Counted from the stretch's first letter, positions 32,272 to 39,966 are shown. The stretch is DNA of 62,969 bases from a virus (IMGVR_UViG_3300025000_000012:1-62969); one strand, 5' to 3'. The notes: generated from the sequence alone by a model not told the origin. Program-made: numbers and translations.

Positions 32272-32470
32272 CTTGAACTCCTATTAATATTTTGAGGGAA
32301 TAACCATTGTCTATACCGAAGTCTGTGACCAGAGAGAGTGCTCGAGTATTATGCTCGTAGGCCCCGATAGAGTCTGACATAAAGTCATACCATATACCAG
32401 AGACCCCATCGAGTTGTGTTAATATCTCGAAGACCTCTTTGGTTCGATTCATATTAGCTTGCTGACCCAT
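32225..32470 (-). CDS. Hypothetical protein (81 aa)
   Basis: ORF with AAGGAGAG upstream of the ATG. Confidence 0.55.
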   Translation of the reverse strand: MGQQANMNRTKEVFEILTQLDGVSGIWYDFMSDSIGAYEHNTRALSLVTDFGIDNGYSLKILIGVQDGYDDKAHNLFQLWR

Positions 32471-32484
32471 GAGCTCTCCTTATA

Positions 32485-32784
32485 TCAGGTTCTTACGACC
32501 ACAGTGTTTACAGAAGTAACTCTTTGCCGCGCGGTTTCGGTACGTGTACATTTTCTGTAAAATACATCACGCCACTCTTGATCAATTGCAGGGTCGGCGC
32601 CTCTGATGTACTCTTTAACATAGACCATGCGGGTATGCTCGATTGAAAGAGCTTTGGCTTTATCCATCGTGGCCCGCTTATCCTTGGATATAAATAAAGG
32701 ACTCCACGTGCCGATCGGGGTCTTGAAACAGGCCATCCATTTTCTCCCATCCCAGTTTTCTACAGGAGGTGCTTTCTTCATCAT
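32485..32784 (-). CDS. Hypothetical protein (99 aa)
   Basis: ATGA overlap with the upstream gene. Confidence 0.55.
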   Translation of the reverse strand: MMKKAPPVENWDGRKWMACFKTPIGTWSPLFISKDKRATMDKAKALSIEHTRMVYVKEYIRGADPAIDQEWRDVFYRKCTRTETARQRVTSVNTVVVRT

Positions 32785-33122
32785 AGCTTCACCCAGCCTT
32801 CGATACGCGCGATGATAGCGATACGCATATAGTTAATAGGAAGATTCTTTATGGGATACTTTTTAAATGACAGACGAATAAGTATCTCCGCTTCAGGGCT
32901 GACAACGTGACAGAGAGTGCCCGCGTTGTTGACGTACGCGACCCAGCGTAACACCGTGTTATTGCACTTGTCGTCAAGACTTGACCGTAGGTCATACGGA
33001 AATATAACGGCGATACCTGATCCTGGTTTTCTAGGGGTTGGCATCAGCTCATCCTTAATGAAGCGAGTAAATCTCGAAGGCTCCATCTCTTTAAACTGCG
33101 ACTTAGTTAGTCTTCTCTTCAT
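32781..33122 (-). CDS. Hypothetical protein (113 aa)
   Basis: ORF in operon context with GAGGA upstream. Confidence 0.55.
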   Translation of the reverse strand: MKRRLTKSQFKEMEPSRFTRFIKDELMPTPRKPGSGIAVIFPYDLRSSLDDKCNNTVLRWVAYVNNAGTLCHVVSPEAEILIRLSFKKYPIKNLPINYMRIAIIARIEGWVKL

Positions 33123-33150
33123 AGTCCTCGTAGTCCTTGTTTTAGTTGAT

Positions 33151-33456
33151 TTAAAGCTCTGGTCCTGCTTTCCAGTCAGCTATAACTTTATGACCGATGT
33201 ACATAAGCTTCTGAAGTAACTCGCCCGCCGGGTAGTTGACTGCATAACGCGTGTCACCCTTTTCAAGCTGAAAGAAAGTAGCTCGCGCAGAGTCAAGCTT
33301 AAAGTCACTTATAGCGCCGTACTTAGTGTGCTTAATCCGTATGTAGAAACATTCTTTGTCTTCTGTGCCGACTTTAATATCTTTACAGTCTCGAGGATTA
33401 AGATACTTATCAACGATCTTAGCGATTTGCTCCGGTGTTGCTTGTACACAATACAT
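33151..33456 (-). CDS. Hypothetical protein (101 aa)
   Basis: ATG 2 nt after the upstream stop, with GAGGGAG upstream. Confidence 0.55.
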   Translation of the reverse strand: MYCVQATPEQIAKIVDKYLNPRDCKDIKVGTEDKECFYIRIKHTKYGAISDFKLDSARATFFQLEKGDTRYAVNYPAGELLQKLMYIGHKVIADWKAGPEL

Positions 33457-33458
33457 GT

Positions 33459-33683
33459 TTATTCTCCCTCGCCTGGATAAATTGGTGGTCTGCCGGGACT
33501 CATCGGAATATGGGGATTAAAGCCTCGGCGCTGCCGTTCATAAATGCGATGTACTACACCACAGTCATTACAAAACGTATGACCCGCCTCAGTAGGACCT
33601 TGACATGCTACGCAGAGTCCTTTAGCCTTTAACTCAGCCCGTTTAGCTCGGGCCTTTGCACGTCGTTCTAATATCTTCTGCAC
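33459..33683 (-). CDS. Zinc-ribbon protein (74 aa), paralogue of 30416..30796
   Basis: GTG start with AAGGAG 6 nt upstream. CVAC...CNDC plus the RxRRGxNP tail. Confidence 0.6.
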   Translation of the reverse strand: MQKILERRAKARAKRAELKAKGLCVACQGPTEAGHTFCNDCGVVHRIYERQRRGFNPHIPMSPGRPPIYPGEGE

Positions 33684-33713
33684 ACTTGTCTCCTTGCTCA
33701 GTTGAGATGATAG

Positions 33714-33995
33714 TCAATTAAAGAATCTTGTGTCATCAATAATACAGGGTAACTGCATATCTATTCCTCTGTTCCATTCACCCCACCAACTAGCAAATGC
33801 GTAAGAATTCTCAGTGACCTTAAATATATCTGAGTCAGCTTCGAATATTACGTGAGGTGTAACTTCCATTGTGCCGCTTGATATGCCTCTAAGCAAGAGA
33901 CAGTTGAGTGACCCACAATAGAACAGGTCACCAGTATAAGTGTTGATGACATCTGGATGCACTTGGAACTTTAATCCTGTTTTAACGCATCTCAT
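33714..33995 (-). CDS. Hypothetical protein (93 aa)
   Basis: The ATG overlaps the stop of the unlisted ORF 33992..34141 (ATGA). Confidence 0.55.
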   Translation of the reverse strand: MRCVKTGLKFQVHPDVINTYTGDLFYCGSLNCLLLRGISSGTMEVTPHVIFEADSDIFKVTENSYAFASWWGEWNRGIDMQLPCIIDDTRFFN

Positions 33996-34141
33996 TTTAC
34001 TCTCCTTGTCTTACCACGTTTCTTCCACGCCTGTTTCGCATTAAGCCTACGCGGAGTAGGGTATCTTTTAGACGCTGAAGCCCAGGATGATATATCATAA
34101 AATACATCTGAGCTGAGACGGAACAGTATTTCACGAAGCAT
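33992..34141 (-). CDS. Unlisted basic mini-protein (49 aa) filling an apparent gap
   Basis: TAATG overlap at its start and ATGA overlap at its end. Translates MLREILFRLSSDVFYDISSWASASKRYPTPRRLNAKQAWKKRGKTRRVK. Confidence 0.45.
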   Translation of the reverse strand: MLREILFRLSSDVFYDISSWASASKRYPTPRRLNAKQAWKKRGKTRRVK

Positions 34142-34413
34142 TAGTCTTCCTCCAAGGGACTATAAAGATTAGCATATGGGTTAACGCCAGGTGCATCACT
34201 GTTTTGATCAGACATGCAGCGATTAGCCCTGACATCGTAAGATGGTGGAAACACGGTAGGTACACGGTTCGTGATGTTATCCACCGTCTCAACAGGACCG
34301 ATAGGTTCACCACACCAAGCGCATCCGTGGTACTTATATGTACGGGATACACCTGGCGCTATTACATGCGACCGAAGATACTTAGTTACTGAAGCCGTAT
34401 TGCAGTCACACAT
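34141..34413 (-). CDS. Cys-rich small protein (90 aa)
   Basis: MCDC...HGCAWCGEP. Overlaps the end of the CXX-repeat gene by 8 nt. Confidence 0.55.
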   Translation of the reverse strand: MCDCNTASVTKYLRSHVIAPGVSRTYKYHGCAWCGEPIGPVETVDNITNRVPTVFPPSYDVRANRCMSDQNSDAPGVNPYANLYSPLEED

Positions 34414-35077
34414 AGAGTTTCTCCTGAACGATTAAGTATTCAATGGTGCTGATATAAATCATATATTGATCAAAGAATTTGGTGCCTAAGTGTCTCTGGG
34501 TAACAGCTTCACGAAACTGATTCAAATCACCTCGGAAGCATCCGCAAACTACTTGAACAAGACCCTTTGACCAGTATGTTGTGACGTCTGCATTTCGGCT
34601 TCCGATAGATTGTTTAAGATACCTTGCGGGGTTCTCTTTGAAGTCTGTGCAGTCCGTGCAGTCCGTGCAGTCCGTGCAGTACCTGCAGTTCGTGCAGTCT
34701 GTGCAGTCCGTGCAGTACCTGCAGTTCGTGCAGTTCTCGCAGTCCGTGCAGTCCATGCAGTACCTGCAGTTCGTGCAGTTCTCGCAGTCCGTGCAGTCCA
34801 TGCAGTCCATGCAGTCCATGCAGTTCGTGCAGTTCGTGCAGTTCATGCAGTCCGTGCAGTTCATGCAGTCCGTGCAGTCCGTGCAGTCCGTGCAGTCCGT
34901 GCAGTTCGTGCAGTTCTCGCAGTCCGTGCAGTCCATGCAGTTCGTGCAGTTCGTGCAGTCCGTGCAGTCCGTGCAGTTCATGTTATCCATCTTACAGGCT
35001 TGTTTATCTGCGAGCTCTTGAGACTTATAACTTACGCCAGTATTGCCTTTTTCTGATTTAGCGGATTCATATCTCAT
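34406..35077 (-). CDS. Protein with 37 consecutive Cys-X-X triplets plus a non-repetitive C-terminal domain (223 aa)
   Basis: [24 protein letters not shown]...[15 protein letters not shown], then [54 protein letters not shown]-type coupling to the upstream gene. Confidence 0.75.
   Translation of the reverse strand: MRYESAKSEKGNTGVSYKSQELADKQACKMDNMNCTDCTDCTNCTNCMDCTDCENCTNCTDCTDCTDCTDCMNCTDCMNCTNCTNCMDCMDCMDCTDCENCTNCRYCMDCTDCENCTNCRYCTDCTDCTNCRYCTDCTDCTDCTDFKENPARYLKQSIGSRNADVTTYWSKGLVQVVCGCFRGDLNQFREAVTQRHLGTKFFDQYMIYISTIEYLIVQEKLYV
34643..34975. repeat. 333-bp tract of 37 tandem 9-bp units (gtgcagtcc-like)
   Basis: Units gca-gt[ct]-c[ga]t and similar. Higher-order 45-bp repeats ([15 protein letters not shown] twice). 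The tract lacks stops in several frames, which creates spurious plus-strand ORFs. Confidence 0.95.
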
Positions 35078-35301
35078 TATTCGTCCTCCTTAGGAAAGCA
35101 GTCATCACAGATGCCAGTGATGAGGAGCTCGCGCTCTCTGGCCGGGACTTTAGGCATTGCGCGCTGAATCATTGCACCACGCTGCCACACCATATACTGG
35201 TCATAGTCAACAGTTACTTTGTTCAACGCTCGGCAGAATGGACACAGCGTGGTGATAGTAACTGTGTTATCTATGTCAGATCTTTTTATGCTTGTAATCA
35301 T
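35077..35301 (-). CDS. Zinc-binding small protein (74 aa)
   Basis: CPFC...GICDDCF pairs. Confidence 0.6.
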   Translation of the reverse strand: MITSIKRSDIDNTVTITTLCPFCRALNKVTVDYDQYMVWQRGAMIQRAMPKVPARERELLITGICDDCFPKEDE

Positions 35302-35313
35302 TATTCATCTCCT

Positions 35314-35706
35314 TCAACTTAAGGTTCCGCATTTTCTGCAGTAATAGCCAAACTCGTCAAGATTAAATCTGGCTTGGTCTCTAATACTCTTCAGGTGAAA
35401 GTCTACTTGATTATGAATGAACTCATTTGTACGGCACTTAGGACAGCATAAGCCGAAGGTCGTGTTGACCAGTGTGGAGCTTGTGACTTGGCCCTCTGTT
35501 ATGTCTATAGAGGTTAATGTCCGAAGTTTATCTTCATCAAGCTTCGTGAACCATACGACCACACGAGTCTTGAATCCATCTTCAGTCGTGACTGCATCTC
35601 GTCGCTTGACAAGATAGCCTGCTCGATTCAGACGATCAGACCAATATACTAAGGGTTGCTTTTTCTGTCTCTCAAATGATATTATTCTCACTTTAGCCTC
35701 CACCAT
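35314..35706 (-). CDS. Hypothetical protein with a C-terminal zinc ribbon (130 aa)
   Basis: CCPKC...YYCRKCG. GGTGGAGG upstream. First gene after the 35.7-kb promoter. Confidence 0.6.
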   Translation of the reverse strand: MVEAKVRIISFERQKKQPLVYWSDRLNRAGYLVKRRDAVTTEDGFKTRVVVWFTKLDEDKLRTLTSIDITEGQVTSSTLVNTTFGLCCPKCRTNEFIHNQVDFHLKSIRDQARFNLDEFGYYCRKCGTLS

Positions 35707-35745
35707 AATTAATTTATTATAGACTGTATTTCTTCTTTATAATTA

Positions 35746-35774
35746 ATTATAAACTAATTAGTCACCAAAGTAAA
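35746..35774 (-). promoter_or_regulatory. sigma70-type promoter TTTACT-N17-TATAAT
   Basis: -35 at 35774-35769, -10 at 35751-35746. Confidence 0.65.
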
Positions 35775-35857
35775 TACTTTCTTTTCCAAAAGTGAAATTG
35801 GTGTAGGCTGGAAATAACAATGGCCACACTAAGAGTAGCATGGCCAGGTGATAGTAT

Positions 35858-36286
35858 TTATGATTTTAGTGGCGGCATCCAATAATAGACACAGCCTCGC
35901 GTATACTGAGCCGGTATATCAGGAGGTAGACCCTCTGGTCTTGGCCAGAAAGAGAACACGTTTTTAAGGTCTCTCGACACCTTGTCATTGCCACTAGGGC
36001 TATTACGAGGAATACCTAGAGCTCTTCGAATATCAGCGGCCGTCATCTTTTGCCATTGATCAAGAGGCGCTGCGGTGTCGAAGATACTCTCAATTTGCGT
36101 GATATACTTAGTAACTGCGGGCATATCAAGTTTAGCGTCTTGACGGTCAAGGTATTTGTCAATAAATTTCCGTAAGGCTTTAGCGAAGTCTTCATCAGTC
36201 TGAGGATCATTAATTACTTTAAGCGTGTACGCTATAGATTTATATAGCCGCGGCGTAATACAATTATAGATATTTGGAGTAGTCAT
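35858..36286 (-). CDS. Stand-alone paralogue of the primase C-terminal domain (142 aa)
   Basis: IFDTAAPLDQWQKMTAADIRRALGIP...YYWMPP aligns with FFDTTAPIDQWTKLTLRDVRALIGLG...FYWVPP at the C-terminus of 36289..38592. Confidence 0.7.
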   Translation of the reverse strand: MTTPNIYNCITPRLYKSIAYTLKVINDPQTDEDFAKALRKFIDKYLDRQDAKLDMPAVTKYITQIESIFDTAAPLDQWQKMTAADIRRALGIPRNSPSGNDKVSRDLKNVFSFWPRPEGLPPDIPAQYTRGCVYYWMPPLKS

Positions 36287-36288
36287 AG

Positions 36289-38592
36289 TTATTGAACCTG
36301 AGTTGAGGGTTGATGAGTGTCAAACATAAGAGCGCCGACCGGAGTCTGAGTACCTCTGGATGGGGGTACCCAGTAGAACGTACGTGATCTAGCATGTGCG
36401 CCCTTCTCAGGCGGAGGAGTATGCGGCAGTTGTCCGAGCCACGCTAGGAATGTCTGCTTGAACAGACGCTGTGATAGTGAGTTGCCACCTGATTTACGTG
36501 TCTCACCACCCAGCCCAATAAGCGCGCGTACATCACGTAATGTAAGCTTAGTCCATTGGTCAATAGGCGCAGTGGTGTCAAAGAAATCATCTAAGTCATC
36601 GGCTACCGCTTCATCGGCCATGAGTCTTGCTCGCGCGTTGATGTAGTCACGGTCTTGGACGGCTTGAGGATAACGTGTCTCTTCAGTTAGTTGAGAGAAC
36701 CACCACGGCTCACCCGTGACATAGAGATGATGGACCTGAGCCCATAACTGGTCAAGATCAATGTTATGCTTGAAGTTTAGCGAGGCTGTGTGTATAAGTA
36801 GCACGCGTCTATTTTGAGAGTCAGAGAGAAAAGATTGTAGGTTTGTAGACCCAATGAAAGAGGTACGTCTGGTCATCTCCACTTGATGCCGCCCGTAAGG
36901 TAGAACCTTCTTTTCAGTCGTTGCGTCAAGGAATTCCTTGAACTCGGAGAATGTGTTATGGGTGAACAGAGTGTCTATCTCATTGATATTACAGATTAGA
37001 GAGTTGCTGAGCTCCATGGTCAGCTTAGTGCTCTCAGTTTTAAACTTGCCGAGCTTGAGGTCCTTACTCGCGTCACAGTAGTGAATGAGGGCCTTAGGAA
37101 AGAGAGACTGTACCCACTTAGTCTTGCCTATGCCTTGCGAGCCTGTAAAGATAAGGACTTGGTTAAGCATGACTGACTGGTCCTTAGGATCGTGGCACGC
37201 ACCAGCTACGACTTGAATCAGCCATTTTTGTAAAAAGACTTTATATGATGACAAAAAGCGAGTATGAGATGGCATAACCTCGATAGTATTCATGAGAGCC
37301 GTTATGCGGTCTTGCCCATCCCAGGTAAGATTATTAAAGTAATCCTTGATAGGATTTATGAAATTTGTGTTACCAACAGCACCAAGATAATTAAATATGC
37401 GTCGGTCAGTAAAGCTACCAGAGATGGTATTCATCTTTAAGAAGTCTGAGCCAATGAGACTCGTGATTTGATCAAGAGATGCGTTAGAAGTTGGCATACC
37501 CCAGTCTGCTTGCTTAGATGGAGGTATGATTACATCCATCTGCATAAGTAACTCATTGACGACAGGTTTGATACCCGTAAACCTAAGATAAGTGTGAAAA
37601 TTATCAATAGTACCCTTTAACCGACCTTTCTTATCAACGTCAGGATAAGACGGGAATTGAGCATCAGCGAGCTTGATGATAGTCGCGATGGTTATAGGGT
37701 TGTCAGTATTCTTATCATTGAATGAGTGCCACACAGCATCTGCTGAGTCAGGATCGTACTTATTCCCTGATCGAGACCATTCTACCCAGAGAGAGAAGCC
37801 TTTAAGGGACCCGGAGTACTCATGATGAAGTGCTTGACCAATGATTAACCAAGGTGTGCGTGCTTCATCTGTGCAGTTGAGATCAAGAACCGCGGACTCA
37901 CCTTTTGAGACGCGGTCAAAGATATCGTCAGTTAAACATTGTACTGGAAGCCGGTTAAGCAGACTCTTAACATAAGGAATAGCGAGAGGCTCAGTCGACT
38001 TAGAAGACTTGGTAGGTGGAGAGGCTTCAGAGTCTTGCTGCTCTGTTTGGTCAACGTGACGTTGTGTAGTAAATAAGCCTTCAAGTATGCTGAGTAAGGT
38101 TGTAGACTCAATGACTCGGACCGGCAGAGGATTGTCATCCGCGATATTGTTGGTCACTGTAACAAAGCCAGTCGATATAAAGAGATCACGTTTATTGGTA
38201 GTGTTACGCTTACCCTTGCCATATTCAGCGATGATAGTCGCTTTGTCAGTCACTTCGACAACTACATGACAACCCATGCCGCTCGGTGAAACCTCAGTGT
38301 ATGAATCAAGGGACTTGACCAGGGAGAGATTTTCAGGAGTAAATTCGTCGACGTCAATACAGACAAATGGATGATCTTCGGTGTATGCAAAACCTAGGCC
38401 GAGAGTCTTACCGACTCGGAATCGTACATCTTCAAAGGGCAAGAGTTTAGTCGGCCAGTCCTTACCCAGGATAGGTTTCTTTAAAGTTTTATTAGGTATC
38501 TTCGGATGTGGTTGAGGAGACCACAATAGCCAGAAGGGTGCAGATTGTAAAGAAAGCGGAATAGTGCTAGGATCTACTGTGAGGTGTGCCAT
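36289..38592 (-). CDS. Bifunctional prim-pol / VirE(D5)-type P-loop primase-helicase (767 aa)
   Basis: Prim-pol motifs FVCIDVDEF and EVSPSGMGCHVVV. Walker A FTGSQGIGKTKW. Largest early gene. Confidence 0.85.
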   Translation of the reverse strand: MAHLTVDPSTIPLSLQSAPFWLLWSPQPHPKIPNKTLKKPILGKDWPTKLLPFEDVRFRVGKTLGLGFAYTEDHPFVCIDVDEFTPENLSLVKSLDSYTEVSPSGMGCHVVVEVTDKATIIAEYGKGKRNTTNKRDLFISTGFVTVTNNIADDNPLPVRVIESTTLLSILEGLFTTQRHVDQTEQQDSEASPPTKSSKSTEPLAIPYVKSLLNRLPVQCLTDDIFDRVSKGESAVLDLNCTDEARTPWLIIGQALHHEYSGSLKGFSLWVEWSRSGNKYDPDSADAVWHSFNDKNTDNPITIATIIKLADAQFPSYPDVDKKGRLKGTIDNFHTYLRFTGIKPVVNELLMQMDVIIPPSKQADWGMPTSNASLDQITSLIGSDFLKMNTISGSFTDRRIFNYLGAVGNTNFINPIKDYFNNLTWDGQDRITALMNTIEVMPSHTRFLSSYKVFLQKWLIQVVAGACHDPKDQSVMLNQVLIFTGSQGIGKTKWVQSLFPKALIHYCDASKDLKLGKFKTESTKLTMELSNSLICNINEIDTLFTHNTFSEFKEFLDATTEKKVLPYGRHQVEMTRRTSFIGSTNLQSFLSDSQNRRVLLIHTASLNFKHNIDLDQLWAQVHHLYVTGEPWWFSQLTEETRYPQAVQDRDYINARARLMADEAVADDLDDFFDTTAPIDQWTKLTLRDVRALIGLGGETRKSGGNSLSQRLFKQTFLAWLGQLPHTPPPEKGAHARSRTFYWVPPSRGTQTPVGALMFDTHQPSTQVQ

Positions 38593-38700
38593 GCGCGTCC
38601 TTTCTGTTGATGTTTAATGATGTAGGAGTTTGTTTGTTCGGTGTAACATGAAGCTGATTGATTAAATGAGCTTAACCAGGAGAGTGTAGGCTGAATAAAT

Positions 38701-38754
38701 GTCTTGATTTGACGACTTGGTTCATGATAGTACTTTAAGCCGCCAAATCAAGAC
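38701..38754 (-). promoter_or_regulatory. Perfect 11-bp inverted repeat in the primase 5' leader
   Basis: GTCTTGATTTG (38701-38711) and CAAATCAAGAC (38744-38754) with a 32-nt spacer. Lies between the 38.8-kb promoter and the primase ATG. Confidence 0.6.
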
Positions 38755-38811
38755 CGCCTCCTACAGCGCAGGGTATTCACTCACAGTGAGGATCACTCAC
38801 TTTCAATCGAT

Positions 38812-38840
38812 ATTATAGCATGGAGAGTCTCTTTTGTAAA
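38812..38840 (-). promoter_or_regulatory. sigma70-type promoter TTTACA-N17-TATAAT
   Basis: -35 at 38840-38835, -10 at 38817-38812. GTGAG/CTCAC hairpin (38786-38800) at about +5, with a third CACTCAC copy allowing an alternative pairing. Confidence 0.7.
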
Positions 38841-38905
38841 CGATAATAATTAAGATGAATCGAAAAAGTATACCTATATAGAATAAATTAATAAGAGAAG
38901 CGGAG

Positions 38906-38914
38906 TGTGGATAA
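38906..38914 (-). promoter_or_regulatory. Perfect DnaA-box 9-mer (TTATCCACA)
   Basis: The plus strand reads tgtggataa. It is embedded in the exact 11-mer TGGATAAGCAT, which recurs at 39314-39324. Confidence 0.5.
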
Positions 38915-39007
38915 GCATAATACAAGGCTAAGGTAGGCGGAACGTGAGAGTAAGTTGAGACTGAGAGTATGCACGAATTAGGTATATTGGGCCAAAACAA
39001 ATCGCTC

Positions 39008-39117
39008 TAGGCCTAAGTATATAATATAATTAAGAAAAAATGGAAAAAGCGAGTTCGCTTTATATTCACGGGCTGATTTGTAGGGCCTAAGTATATGAAA
39101 TAATTAGATAAATTTGG
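39008..39117. repeat. Two ~36-bp imperfect direct repeats (TAGGCCTAAGTATATnAnATAATTA...)
   Basis: Copies at 39008-39043 and 39081-39117, period 73 bp. Partial third copy ATAGGCCCTGAATAT at 39268-39282. Confidence 0.75.
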
Positions 39118-39311
39118 ACGCGTCGAATAAGCTGCTTTTTTTCCACTTAGTTTATACTTTTTTTAGAAAAAAAATATGTTTTATGTTGTATTTTATCTGC
39201 TATTCAACATATTTTAAAATATACGTAATAATATTATATACTTATAAAAGATGAATAGTATGCTCGAATAGGCCCTGAATATCCTACGAACATAACATAT
39301 CGTAAATACTC

Positions 39312-39320
39312 TCTGGATAA
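39312..39320 (-). promoter_or_regulatory. DnaA-box-like 9-mer (TTATCCAGA, 8/9)
   Basis: The plus strand reads tctggataa. Same orientation as the box at 38906. Further 7/9 matches at 39651-39659 and 40100-40108. Confidence 0.4.
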
Positions 39321-39470
39321 GCATTTTTATTCAACTATTCAACCGATAAACTCTTATACTAGTAAAATCAGATACTTAGACTAAGCGAATATCAAATTGA
39401 TTCGACCAAGCTCTTCAAATGACGGAACGGTGTAGCTCGATTTTAAGATACATTCTGGGTTTTCGTTGGG

Positions 39471-39600
39471 CCCCGCAAGATTTGCTGCTTAGCTGACACA
39501 ATTGGATTACCGAGTCTGCAAGTATCTTAGTAAGCGATGTCGAGAGGCAAGATTTGCGAGGTCCTTGAGTCAGTGATGCCGAGAGGCAAGATTTGCGGGG
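39471..39600. repeat. Three copies of GCAAGATTTGC, two of them inside 26-bp direct repeats
   Basis: Exact 11-mers at 39475, 39547 and 39586. GATGyCGAGAGGCAAGATTTGCGrGG at 39536-39561 and 39575-39600. Flanks CCCCGCAA (39471) and TTGCGGGG (39593) are complementary. Confidence 0.85.
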
Positions 39601-39665
39601 ATGATGTGCTCCTGCGCAGGATCCTCAACTCCAGTAATATTAATTTAATTCCTGGATAAAAAAGA

Positions 39666-39694
39666 ATTTACTTTTGCGTTAAAATATATTATAA
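39666..39694 (+). promoter_or_regulatory. sigma70-type promoter TTTACT-N17-TATAAT
   Basis: -35 at 39666-39671, -10 at 39689-39694. AAGCAGAA/TTCTGCTT hairpin (39707-39727) at about +6. Confidence 0.7.
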
Positions 39695-39756
39695 TATATT
39701 ATATAAAAAGCAGAAACTTCTTCTGCTTAATTAAAACTTAGTACTGGAGAAACACT

Positions 39757-39966
39757 ATGAATATACCTACCTGGTTATTAGCAGAAGTAGATAAACTACG
39801 TGGACAATTTCCAGATATTAATTATACTGATGCAGTACCACTAGAACAAAGCGATATTGAGTTATTTGTAATTCACGTGCATAACGACTTTAAAGAGTAC
39901 ATCATTATACTACGAAACAATACCAACTATGACACTTGGATAGATGTTAAAATTGTCGAAATGTAA
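39757..39966 (+). CDS. Hypothetical early protein (69 aa)
   Basis: GGAG 8 nt before the ATG. Only rightward ORF in the control region, driven by the 39.7-kb promoter. Confidence 0.6.
   Translation: MNIPTWLLAEVDKLRGQFPDINYTDAVPLEQSDIELFVIHVHNDFKEYIIILRNNTNYDTWIDVKIVEM

Noticed and set aside
34581-35056. Two long plus-strand ORFs (146 and 148 aa; SVQSVQ... and AVRAVRAV... repeats)
   Set aside because: They lie entirely within the 9-bp tandem tract, which lacks stops in several frames. They have no SD and run against the operon direction, and the minus-strand CXX protein has coupled neighbours. They are repeat artefacts.
38803-39000. ORF-track ORFs inside the control region (38803..39000 minus, 41023..41220 plus, 40603..40940 plus)
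   Set aside because: They overlap promoters or repeat arrays, have AT-rich low-complexity translations and no RBS. The region is treated as non-coding apart from 39757..39966 and 40512..40808.
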